A DNA stretch of 64,000 bases from an uncultured Planctomycetaceae bacterium (GTDB lineage Bacteria; Planctomycetota; Planctomycetia; Pirellulales; PALSA-1355), in the NCBI GenBank assembly GCA_963715755.1, contig OY970273.1:667287-731286 (forward strand). The letters are read 5' to 3'. The notes beneath the pieces were generated by a model, which saw nothing but the letters and a program-made list of their open reading frames with translations, did not search any database and had not been told where the DNA came from. Positions 43,768 through 52,381 of this stretch are shown here, one piece after another. Position numbers and translations under genes: made by a program. Position 1 is the stretch's first letter, and the number at the start of each line of letters is the position of its first letter.

Positions 43768-44403
43768 ATGGACCCCGCCTTGCACGCCGACGACCGCCGC
43801 GCGATGGTCAAGCATCAGATGCTGCGGCGCGGAATTCGCAACCCGCGCGTGCTCGAAGCCTTCGCGCGGGTGCCGCGCGAGTGGTTCGTGCCACGCTCGC
43901 TGGAAGGCGAAGCCTACGCCGATCACGCGATCAGCATCGATTGCGACCAGACGATCAGCCAGCCTTACATCGTGGGGCTGATGACCGAAGCGCTGCAGCT
44001 GGCCGGCCCGGAAAAGGTGCTCGAGATCGGCACCGGCAGCGGCTATCAGACCGCGATCCTGGCCGAGCTGGCCGGCAGCGTCATCAGCATCGAGCGCCAC
44101 GGCACGCTGTCGCTCGGCGCTCAGCGCGTGCTCGAGCGGCTCGGCTGCCGCAATGTGCGCCTGGTGATCGGCGATGGCACGCGGGGCCTGCCGGCCGAAG
44201 CCCCGTTCGACCGCATCATTGTCACCGCGGCGGCCAGCGAAGTTCCGCCGGCTCTCGTCGAGCAATTGGCCGAAGGCGGAATCCTGGTGATTCCCGTCGG
44301 CCCGGAGCATGCCCAAGTGCTCCAGGCGATTCGCAAGGAGCAGGGCCAGCTGCAAGTGACCGAATTGGCCGGCTGCCGCTTCGTGCCGCTCGTCGGCAGT
44401 TGA
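43768..44403 (+). CDS. pcm: Protein-L-isoaspartate O-methyltransferase
   Basis: ORF 43768..44403. Blocks present: QTISQPYIVGLM, VLEIGTGSGYQTAILAEL, PFDRIIVTAA. Confidence 0.93.
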   Translation: MDPALHADDRRAMVKHQMLRRGIRNPRVLEAFARVPREWFVPRSLEGEAYADHAISIDCDQTISQPYIVGLMTEALQLAGPEKVLEIGTGSGYQTAILAELAGSVISIERHGTLSLGAQRVLERLGCRNVRLVIGDGTRGLPAEAPFDRIIVTAAASEVPPALVEQLAEGGILVIPVGPEHAQVLQAIRKEQGQLQVTELAGCRFVPLVGS

Positions 44404-44564
44404 GCGGCGATGGCGCGCCCTGCAATTTGCAGTCAGCCGCGAGGCTTCTCCCAGCGGTGTGCAAAACGGCACCTGCAGGAGATAAGGAGATGCGGCAGGG
44501 GATACGGGGGATGGAAGAGAAAACCCGGAAGAACGAAGTCTGGAGCGGCCCCTCCTCGTTCTGT

Positions 44565-44597
44565 TTCATCCTTCATCCTTCTGCCTTCATCCTTCTG
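44565..44597. repeat. Dispersed intergenic repeat, family A (TTCATCCTTCTGCCTTCATCCTTCTG), copy 1
   Basis: Read directly. Related copies occur at 49053-49076 and 57456-57498. Confidence 0.7.
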
Positions 44598-44610
44598 TGC
44601 ATATCCGAAG

Positions 44611-45414
44611 TCACTCCGGCCGGGCGAACAGCCGCGGGTCGACCACGGGCAGAACGTCGAGCTTGACGACTTTCAACTCGACCAGCATCTCGCTTTCGCG
44701 GAAGCTCGCCATTTGCAGCGGCACCTCGACGCCTGAGATGTTGTGGTAGTCGGAGTAGACCGTGTGAATGGCCACCGGCCCGGCCGTGGCGTCGACGAGC
44801 TGTTTGTGGCTGCTGAGCAAATGCCCGGTGCGGTTGTCGAACACGTTGGTGCCCAGCGCTTGGCCGTCGCGGCGGACGGCGATCCAGGTTTGATCGGGCC
44901 GATCGGCGACCAGGCGCTTGAGCTCGACGTCGGGCTCGCGCATCTCGATCAGGCCCCCCAGCACGGAATGCGGGAAGGCGTTGTTCTTGTCCGCATCGGG
45001 CGCCAGCTCGCGGACTTCGCCGCCGCTTGTGCCCTCGATCGACTTCATCCAGCCCCGATGGCCGTCGATGACCGTGAGCATCTTGAGCACCAATTTGCCG
45101 TCGCTGAAGGTGGCCTCGCGCCGCAGCCGCTGGGGCAGGTCGAAGGTGTCAATGATGGTGAACTGACCGCTCACGCCGGGCGCGAAGCCGCCGCGTCCGA
45201 CCATTTCGACCCGCCCCTTTTTCAGCCGGGCGATGTTTTGCTCGCCGCCGCAGGCCGCGATCGCCCGGCCGATGAACTCGCGCGGCGAATCAGCCTGGAT
45301 CGAGGCGGTGGGCGGCTTCGTCCCCCGGGCACTGTCGACGGCCGATTGAATCTGGTCGCAGCCCGTGGCCGAGAGGAGCAAGAGGATTGCCCAGGTCGTG
45401 CGCAGTTCGGTCAT
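44611..45414 (-). CDS. Hypothetical lipoprotein
   Basis: ORF 44611..45414. It has a signal peptide plus lipobox (LLLLSATGC). No recognisable family. Confidence 0.65.
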   Translation of the reverse strand: MTELRTTWAILLLLSATGCDQIQSAVDSARGTKPPTASIQADSPREFIGRAIAACGGEQNIARLKKGRVEMVGRGGFAPGVSGQFTIIDTFDLPQRLRREATFSDGKLVLKMLTVIDGHRGWMKSIEGTSGGEVRELAPDADKNNAFPHSVLGGLIEMREPDVELKRLVADRPDQTWIAVRRDGQALGTNVFDNRTGHLLSSHKQLVDATAGPVAIHTVYSDYHNISGVEVPLQMASFRESEMLVELKVVKLDVLPVVDPRLFARPE

Positions 45415-45431
45415 GGCGCCATCCCGCAGGG

Positions 45432-45473
45432 TTTCGTGGATTGCGTTTCGTGGATTGCGTTTTGTGGATTGTC
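45432..45473. repeat. Tandem repeat, 3 x 14 nt (TTTCGTGGATTGCG), family B-related
   Basis: The three units tttcgtggattgcg / tttcgtggattgcg / ttttgtggattgtc were read directly. Confidence 0.85.
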
Positions 45474-45597
45474 AGCCGGAGCCGTCGGCGCCGGAGCAGT
45501 CGACAACGTGCGGACCGTAGCGAAGTTGGGCCAGGGATGCCAGGGCAATCCCAGCGTCTGACCATGCGGAGCCCCGAGCGCTACGGAGAAGACGCAT

Positions 45598-45621
45598 CCG
45601 CAGATTGCGCAGATTTCGCAG
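45598..45621 (+). repeat. Family B short repeat (CCGCAGATTGCGCAGATTTCGCAG)
   Basis: Read directly. A near-identical inverted copy lies at 47715-47741. Confidence 0.8.
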
Positions 45622-45679
45622 CTGAAAAAGGATGGGGCTAGCGGCGGAGTCGAGCGCCAGGATTCGCCGCAAGCGGCCA

Positions 45680-45747
45680 ATGGCCCGCTCCGGCCAGGCT
45701 CAGGGCCCGCTCCCGGCCGCGCTTAGGGCCCGCTCCCGGCTGCGCCT
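45680..45747. repeat. Tandem repeat, ~3 x 22-23 nt (AGGGCCCGCTCCCGGCYGCGCYT)
   Basis: Read directly. The last unit runs into the purF stop codon at 45746-45748. Confidence 0.8.
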
Positions 45748-47329
45748 AGGGGCTGCCGACCGTGGCGGGCCGCTCGTAGGTCCGCTCCGAGCCGCCCCCG
45801 CTGGCGTTGCGCAGGGCCACCTGGTACAGGTCTTGCCCGGCCTGGCTCGGATAATGGCCGGTGATGCAGGCCTGGCACAACTGGTCGCTGTCGAAGCCGA
45901 TCGCCCGGGCGATTGACTCGACCGGCAGGTAGCGGAGCGAATCGGCTCCCAGCGTGGAGGCCATCTCGGACTGGATTTCTTCGGTCAGGGGCGCGCCGTG
46001 CAGGAACCGCGGAGCGAACAGCTCGTTGACCGTCGACATGTCGATGCCGTAAAAGCACGGGGCGATGATCGGCGGGCAGGCCACGCGAACGTGGATTTCG
46101 CGGGCCCGGCCCAGGTCGCGGATGCGGCTGAGCAGCACTTTCATCGTGGTCGAACGGACGATCGAATCTTCGACCAGCAGCACGCGCTTGCCTTCGAGCA
46201 CTTCGCGCAGCGGAGTGTACTTGGTTTCCGCCTTGCGCTTGCGGTTGCTGCTGCCTTCGATGAACGTGCGGCCGCTGTAGCGATTGCGGATCAGGCCTTC
46301 GAGCGAGGGCACCTTGAGCTTGAAGGCCATGGCGTCGGCCGCGGCCTTGCTGGTGTCGGGAACCGGCACGACGATCGTGTCTTCGTCGATCGGCACGGTC
46401 TCCAGCCGGGCCAACTCTTCGCCCAGCGCCTTGCGCGACAGGTAGACGCTGCGGTCGTCCATCGTGCTGGCCACGTTGGCGAAGTAGATCCACTCGAAGA
46501 AGCAATGCGCCCGGCGCGGGCTGGGGGCGAACCGGTGCACCTCGAACTTGCCGCCGGTGATCGTGATGCACTGGCCGGGCAGCATCGACTTGATGCTTTC
46601 GGGGGCAAAGCCCAGGTTCAGCAGGGCCACGCTTTCGCTGGCCGCGGCGAACAGCGGCCCTTCGATGGCATAGCTCAGCGGCTTGAGGCCCAATGGGTCC
46701 CGGGCCACGAGCATGTCCCCCAGCGAGTTGAGCAGCACCAGGCTATACGCCCCGTCGAACCGCTGGGCGACGGCCCGCATCACGTCGACCAGGGCCGGGC
46801 GGCGGTCGCCGGCCATCTCGCGGCCGATCTCGTGCATGATGATTTCGGTGTCGGTATCGCGGGCCAGGTGGTTGTCGCTGTCGGCCAGCAGGCCCTCGCG
46901 CAGTTCCTGGTAGTTGGCCAGCTGTCCGTTGAAGGCGAAGCTGAACCATTTGTGCTTTTGCACGTGATGCCGCTCGAACGGCTGGGCATAGTTGCGGTCG
47001 TCGCAGCCGCAGGTGGCATAGCGCACGTGGCCGATGGCGGCCCGGCCGGCGTGCTTGCGCATCAGGCTCTCGAACTTGCCCCGATGACTCAAGCGGAAAA
47101 CTTCGCTGACTCCGCCCAGCTCCTTGTAGGTGTCGATGAGCTGGTTGCGCTTGGGATTCCAGGTGGTCATGCCGGCCGAGAGCTGGCCGCGATTCTGGAT
47201 GTCGAGCAGCATCCGCGGCATCAGCCGGGAGATTTCGTCGGGCCCTTCGTCCGGGCAGAGCGGGCTCCGCTCGCGCGACGGCAAATGGTAGATCGCCGCC
47301 ACCCCGCATTCGTGAAACAGTTCGCTCAT
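45746..47329 (-). CDS. purF: Amidophosphoribosyltransferase
   Basis: ORF 45746..47338. The ATG at 47329 gives [10 protein letters not shown] (short propeptide before the catalytic Cys). It has an Ntn-amidotransferase domain plus a PRT domain ([13 protein letters not shown]). Confidence 0.93.
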   Translation of the reverse strand: MSELFHECGVAAIYHLPSRERSPLCPDEGPDEISRLMPRMLLDIQNRGQLSAGMTTWNPKRNQLIDTYKELGGVSEVFRLSHRGKFESLMRKHAGRAAIGHVRYATCGCDDRNYAQPFERHHVQKHKWFSFAFNGQLANYQELREGLLADSDNHLARDTDTEIIMHEIGREMAGDRRPALVDVMRAVAQRFDGAYSLVLLNSLGDMLVARDPLGLKPLSYAIEGPLFAAASESVALLNLGFAPESIKSMLPGQCITITGGKFEVHRFAPSPRRAHCFFEWIYFANVASTMDDRSVYLSRKALGEELARLETVPIDEDTIVVPVPDTSKAAADAMAFKLKVPSLEGLIRNRYSGRTFIEGSSNRKRKAETKYTPLREVLEGKRVLLVEDSIVRSTTMKVLLSRIRDLGRAREIHVRVACPPIIAPCFYGIDMSTVNELFAPRFLHGAPLTEEIQSEMASTLGADSLRYLPVESIARAIGFDSDQLCQACITGHYPSQAGQDLYQVALRNASGGGSERTYERPATVGSP

Positions 47330-47607
47330 CGAGGGCAAGCTCTCCAGTGAGGATCCGGTTTCAACACGTGTCGGCGGCGGGCATCGACCGTAGCGGGGTG
47401 CCTGCTGCAGCCAGCCGCGGTGCGCAAGCCAAGCGCAGAATCAAGAACCATTGGTCGCCCCCGTGCCGTCGCCGCTACTCATTGTAAGGCAGCCGCGACG
47501 GTTTCACAACCGAGCGGAAAACGGCGGCGGAGCGCTGCCCCATTCCGTCGCGACCGAGCGAGTTCAATCCGCTTCCCGCCGCTCACGCCCGCCGGCGGAG
47601 GGTTTAT

Positions 47608-47630
47608 CCACAGATTTCGGCGATTTCACC
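47608..47630 (+). repeat. Family B short repeat (CCACAGATTTCGGCGATTTCACC)
   Basis: Read directly, in the purF/proB divergent intergenic region. Confidence 0.6.
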
Positions 47631-47714
47631 GAACCGAGAGCAGACGAAGGTACGCCCGCTTCCGCGTGCGCGCGAGGCCGCAGTGTCGAGTCGCTGCCGG
47701 ACCTCTCTTTCTTC

Positions 47715-47741
47715 AATCTGTGAAATCTGCGGAATCTGCGG
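47715..47741 (-). repeat. Family B short repeat, inverted copy (reverse complement CCGCAGATTCCGCAGATTTCACAGATT)
   Basis: Read directly. 22 of the first 24 nt are identical to 45598-45621 in the opposite orientation. Confidence 0.8.
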
Positions 47742-47838
47742 ACGAACTTTCCTCGGTCAAAGCTGCGCCGCGCAATGCCCCTTGCCCCTGCGTTTGACTC
47801 GGCAAGCTGCCGGGTTTTTGTCCGCCCCGCCGGCGGCT

Positions 47839-49001
47839 ATGATCTACCGGATGAAAGACCTGTTGCGCCAGGAAATCGCCACTGCCGCCCACACGGTGAT
47901 CGTCAAGGTCGGCACGCGCGTGCTGACCAGCCCGGCCGGCACGCTCGACCAGGAGCGCGTGGCCCGGCTGGCCGAAGAACTGCACCGGCTGGCCGCCACC
48001 GGCCGCAAAGTGGCCCTGGTCACCAGCGGCGCCGTCGGCGCCGGCATGGGTCAGCTCGGTCTGACCAAACGTCCCACCAGCCTGGCCGAGTTGCAAGCCG
48101 TCGCCGCAGTCGGGCAGAGCCACCTGATCGAAGCCTACGACCGTGGACTGCGTGCCCACGGCCGGCACGCGGCCCAGCTGCTGCTCACGGCCGAAGACCT
48201 GGACGACCGCACCCGGTATCTCAACGTGCGGAACACGATCCTGGCGCTGTTCGAGTACGGCGCCGTGCCGATCATCAACGAAAACGACACCGTCAGCGTG
48301 GCCGAGCTGAAGACCACGTTCGGCGACAACGACCGCCTGGCCGCCATGGTCACCAACCTGGTTCGGGCGCCCTCTTGGTGCTGCTCTCCGACGTCGAAGG
48401 GCTTTACGACGGCGACCCCCAGGACCCGGCGTCGAGGCTGATTCACACCGTTACCCGGCTCGATGCTTCCATCCAGGCCATGGTTTGCGACCGGGCCACG
48501 GGACTGAGCAAAGGGGGGATGGCCAGCAAGATCGAGGCGGCGCGGATCGCCACCACGGCCGGCGAAAACGTGATCATCGCCAGCGGCCGGCAGCCCGGCA
48601 ACCTGGAGCGGATCGCCGGCGGCGAGCTGGTCGGCACGCTGTTCGTCGCCCAGGGGCAAGCGATCCGCTCCTGGAAGCGCTGGATCGGCTTCACCTCGCA
48701 GCCCCGCGGCCGGCTCACGGTCGACGACGGCGCCCGCCGGGCGATCGAGCAGCAAGGCCGCAGCCTGCTGGCCATCGGCATCAAACAGATCAGCGGCACG
48801 TTCGACAAGGGAGACCTGGTGGCGATCGTCGACCCGCAGGGCGCCGAGTTCGCCCGGGGCCTGAGTAACTACGCAAGCGCCGACGCGGCGAAAATCCAAG
48901 GCCTGCGCACCGAACAAATCGCCGCCGCCCTGGGGCACTGTCCGTACGTGGAGGTGATCCATCGCGACAACCTGGCGCTGACGGTGGAAACCGGGAAATA
49001 G
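47839..49001 (+). CDS. proB: Glutamate 5-kinase with PUA domain, one apparent frameshift ~48370
   Basis: ATG at 47839 (or 47851) in ORF 47683..48441 (VKVGTRVLT, SGAVGAG, NENDTVS, FGDNDRLAA). The C-terminal part is in ORF 47775..49001 (LLVLLSDVEGLY, PUA domain). Restoring one C in gcgccctc repairs the frame. Confidence 0.9.
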
Positions 49002-49006
49002 AACGC

Positions 49007-49076
49007 AAAAGGCAGAAGGCAAAAGGCAAAATAACTCAGCACGTGATGCTCATTCATCCTTCTGCCTTCATACTTC
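49007..49076. repeat. Family A repeat, copy 2, paired with its own inverted arm (hairpin-capable; likely terminator after proB)
   Basis: aaaaggcagaaggcaaaaggcaaa (49007-49030) is partly complementary to ttcatccttctgccttcatacttc (49053-49076). The core aaggcagaagg / ccttctgcctt is a perfect complement. Confidence 0.7.
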
Positions 49077-49175
49077 CGCCTTTTTCCTTTCCTGGATTTC
49101 CCGCGGCCGATCTACGATACTAGGCCTACTCCCCTGCCCTGCTCGTTTTTCCTGAAGCCGATTTCCCCAGCGCGC

Positions 49176-51056
49176 ATGACCACGCCCGAAGCCCAGCCGA
49201 TCGCCGGCACCGAGATCCCCTGTTTCGTCTTCCAGTCGCATCAGCAGTTGGCTCGGCAACTTGCCGGCACGATCGCGGCAGTCGTTCGCGAGCGCCAGGC
49301 CCAGGGCCAGCGGGCCGTGCTTGGCTTGCCAACCGGCAGCACGCCGATGGGCGTGTATCGCGAGCTGATTCGCCTGCACCGCGAGGACGGGCTCGACCTG
49401 TCGAACGTCGTCACGTTCAACCTGGATGAATACTACGGCATCGATCCCGACCAGCTGCAAAGCTATCACCGCTGGATGTTCGAGCACTTCTTCAACCACG
49501 TGAACATCCCGCGCGAAAACATCCACATTCCCGACGGCCGCGTCCCCATGGAGAGCGTGGCCGCCCACTGCCGGGCGTATGAAGAGGCGATCCAGCAGGC
49601 CGGCGGCATCGATATTCAACTGCTGGGCATCGGCCGCAACGGTCACATCGGCTTCAACGAGCCCTTTTCCACCCGCGAAAGCCGCACGCGGCTGGCGGCG
49701 CTCGACCCGCTGACCAAGCGCGACGCGGCCAGCGACTTTTTCAGCGAGGAGAACGTGCCCAGCCATGCCATCACGATGGGCATCGCCACGATTCTCGACG
49801 CCCGCAAGGTGGTGCTGATTGCCCTGGGCGAGCACAAGGCCGGCATCCTCCGCGAGACGGCCGAAGGCCAGGCCAGCCCGCGCGTGCCGGCCAGCTATTT
49901 GCGGCAGCATGCCGACGCCTCGCTCTGGATCGACTCGGCCGCGGCCGGCAAGCTGACGGCCGTGATCACGCCCTGGGTGCTCGGCGACCTGGCCTGGACC
50001 GACGCCCTGATCAAGCGGGCGGTGCTCTGGCTGTGCGAGCGGTCGCAGAAGGCGCTGCTCAAGCTCGACGACGACGACTTCCGCCAGCACGGCCTGCATC
50101 AGCTGCTCCGCCGCCACGGCCCGGCCCAAAGCGTGGCTCACCGCGTCTTCCGCTGGATGATGGACACGATCAACTACCATCCGGCCGGCCGCGAGCGGCG
50201 GCGGGTGATCTGCTTCAGCCCGCATCCGGACGACGACGTGATCAGCATGGGGGGCACGCTCATCCGGCTGGTCGAGGACGCGCACGACGTGCACGTGGCC
50301 TACATGACCAGCGGCAACATCGCCGTGTTCGATCACGACGCGCAGCGCGTGGCCGACCTGGTCTCGGAGTACAACCGGCATTTCGGCATCGAGCGCGACA
50401 AATCGCAGCGGCTGCTGGCCGAGGTCTCCAAGTCGCTGGCCAGCAAGGCGCCCGGCCAGCCCGACACGCCCGAGGTGCTGGCCATCAAGTCGCTGGTCCG
50501 CTGGAGCGAGGCCAAGGCCGGGGCGATCGTGGCCGGCTGCCGCGAAGAGCATCTGCACTTTCTCGACTTGCCGTTCTATCGCACCGGCACGATCGCCAAG
50601 AAGCCGATCACCGACGCCGACGTCGAGATCATCCGCGAGCTGATCCAGCGGCTCGACCCGGCCCAGATTTACGTGGCCGGCGACTTGTCCGATCCGCACG
50701 GCACGCACCGGGTGTGCGCCGAAGCGATCTTTCGCGCGGTCGAGGCCAACGAGCGCGCCGGGCAGAAACGGCCCGAGGTGCTGCTCTATCGCGGGGCCTG
50801 GCAGGAATGGGCCCCGCACGAAATCGAGATCGCCGTGCCGCTCAGCCCGCGCGACCTGATGAAAAAGCGGGCCGCCATCTTCTGCCACGAATCGCAGAAG
50901 GACTCGGCCCTGTTTCCGGGCCCCGACGACAAGCGGGAATTCTGGCAGCGGGCCGAAGACCGCAATCGCAACACGGCCGCCGTCTACAACCAGATGGGCC
51001 TGCCGGAGTACTTTGCCCTGGAAGGATTTGTCCGCTGGAACGGCGTGCCGATTTGA
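49176..51056 (+). CDS. nagB: Glucosamine-6-phosphate deaminase fused to LmbE/PIG-L-like deacetylase domain (long NagB form)
   Basis: ORF 49176..51056. The NagB part has LPTGSTP and GIGRNGHIGFNEP. The C-terminal part has the LmbE motif SPHPDDDVISMGG. Confidence 0.88.
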   Translation: MTTPEAQPIAGTEIPCFVFQSHQQLARQLAGTIAAVVRERQAQGQRAVLGLPTGSTPMGVYRELIRLHREDGLDLSNVVTFNLDEYYGIDPDQLQSYHRWMFEHFFNHVNIPRENIHIPDGRVPMESVAAHCRAYEEAIQQAGGIDIQLLGIGRNGHIGFNEPFSTRESRTRLAALDPLTKRDAASDFFSEENVPSHAITMGIATILDARKVVLIALGEHKAGILRETAEGQASPRVPASYLRQHADASLWIDSAAAGKLTAVITPWVLGDLAWTDALIKRAVLWLCERSQKALLKLDDDDFRQHGLHQLLRRHGPAQSVAHRVFRWMMDTINYHPAGRERRRVICFSPHPDDDVISMGGTLIRLVEDAHDVHVAYMTSGNIAVFDHDAQRVADLVSEYNRHFGIERDKSQRLLAEVSKSLASKAPGQPDTPEVLAIKSLVRWSEAKAGAIVAGCREEHLHFLDLPFYRTGTIAKKPITDADVEIIRELIQRLDPAQIYVAGDLSDPHGTHRVCAEAIFRAVEANERAGQKRPEVLLYRGAWQEWAPHEIEIAVPLSPRDLMKKRAAIFCHESQKDSALFPGPDDKREFWQRAEDRNRNTAAVYNQMGLPEYFALEGFVRWNGVPI

Positions 51057-51084
51057 GCGGAAGTGCTATCCGGCAGTTGATACG

Positions 51085-51395
51085 TCACTCTTCGCCTGCG
51101 ACGGGGATGCCGTATTTCTTGGCCAATGCCTTGAGCGCCGTTCGAGCCGGCCTGGTCCGACCGGCGGCCACGTCCGCCAGCCCGGCTTGAATTGCCGCGA
51201 CCGTTGCCGCGCGATCCGCTCGGGCAGCGGCTTCGACGAGTTTCTGATAGGCGCCGGCGTCCTGGACAACCAGTTCCGCCTTGCCGTTGACGGTCAGCAC
51301 CACCGGTTCGCCTGTTTCGCGCAGCGCTCGACGAATTCGCTCGTTTGGCGCTTGAAGTTGGTCAGCGAGTCGATGCCGTGGGCCAGATTGAGCAT
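51085..51395 (-). pseudogene. Phd/YefM-type antitoxin-like gene, frameshifted (~51325), with no cognate toxin gene downstream
   Basis: The C-terminal 72 aa are ORF 51085..51303 (VLTVNGKAELVVQDAGAYQKL...). My own translation from the ATG at 51395 gives MLNLAHGIDSLTNFKRQTSEFVER. One added base would join this to LRETGEPVVLTVNGK. Only 28 nt separate its stop from nagB. Confidence 0.6.
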
Positions 51396-51409
51396 GGGAG
51401 GGCCTTTCG

Positions 51410-51434
51410 CATTGAATTAGGTGTTAATTCAATG
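51410..51434. promoter_or_regulatory. 25-nt palindrome (CATTGAATTAggtgTTAATTCAATG); candidate antitoxin operator
   Basis: Read directly. It lies 15 nt upstream of the antitoxin-like ATG on the minus strand and is the AT-richest spot in the region. Confidence 0.45.
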
Positions 51435-51586
51435 TTAGCCGACTGCGGCGAGTTTGCAACCGCGAAATGCATCTACCCGCCGGAATATTTCGCAGCCGAA
51501 GGCTTCGCTCGATGGCACGCCGCTCCGACTTGATGGCGTTGCTCCTCATGGGCGCGGACATCGCGCTCTCGCGCGACGTCGGCAAC

Positions 51587-52252
51587 TCAGGTGATCGGGC
51601 GTATCCAGAGCCAACATCGAACGTGACAGTTAGGAAGGTATGTGTCTGTCCAGCTTGTGTGGAACGTGGTCCATAGCGGCGCGGAAAGACGGGCGAGGCG
51701 AACCAGCACGTCGACGTCTTCTGCGATCGGATGCGCATCGGAGTCGAAGCTGACCAAGAGGAGCCCGGCGTGGGTCCCATCGGCGGGTGCGAGCGACTCC
51801 AGCCGCCGAAAATCGAAGGGGACCGTGTGTGTCTTTGTTTCGTCCAGACCCGCTTCTAGCGGGTGGAGGAGGTACGACCTATAAAACCAATGCTGCCTGT
51901 CTCCCTGCCGGACCGACCAGTCTTTCCAGGCGCCTTTGACTTCAATCCACACACACGTCGATTCCGACGGTTCGGCCAGCAGGTCACATTTCTGCGAAGT
52001 CCGGATCGCCGGCCTCGGATATCTTTCCTCCGAACGGGCGACGACGCCGCACGCCGGCAGCAACGCCGCGAGTCGTTTGGTCCAACTCGGCTCCGTGGCG
52101 GGCCGCTTCTGGTTCGGATTGGCGAAAGCACCGTACCAATTTAGCCCGGTCGTGTTACCTCTCACCGTCACATTGGCTTCTTGGTCCATATCGTGGAGGC
52201 ATTTGAAGATGGCCGTCGCGAGGCTCGGGATCGCATCGGGATGGTCTTCCAT
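51587..52252 (-). CDS. Hypothetical protein with PD-(D/E)xK nuclease-fold signature
   Basis: ORF 51587..52252, in a stretch of visibly lower G+C. The ordered residues E54 (EPSWTKRLAALL helix), D90 (KCDLLAE) and E104-V-K106 (VWIEVKG) fit the restriction-endonuclease-like catalytic pattern. The family is not recognised. Confidence 0.6.
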   Translation of the reverse strand: MEDHPDAIPSLATAIFKCLHDMDQEANVTVRGNTTGLNWYGAFANPNQKRPATEPSWTKRLAALLPACGVVARSEERYPRPAIRTSQKCDLLAEPSESTCVWIEVKGAWKDWSVRQGDRQHWFYRSYLLHPLEAGLDETKTHTVPFDFRRLESLAPADGTHAGLLLVSFDSDAHPIAEDVDVLVRLARLSAPLWTTFHTSWTDTYLPNCHVRCWLWIRPIT

Positions 52253-52381
52253 AGTCTACAAGCCACCGTATCGTTCGCATTCACGTGTTGTCAGGAACCG
52301 GCCGAGCGGCTGGCCGACGCGAGCTGACGTTGGCCGCCGCGGCGCGAGCACAGCCGGCCAGGGCTGCGCGCGGACAAGTTG

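Noticed and set aside
51424-51780. 118-aa minus-strand ORF, considered as a possible toxin partner of the antitoxin-like gene.
   Set aside because: It lies upstream of the antitoxin, not downstream. It overlaps the better-supported 221-aa ORF in another frame, and its product is Ser/Arg/Pro-rich with no toxin-family features.
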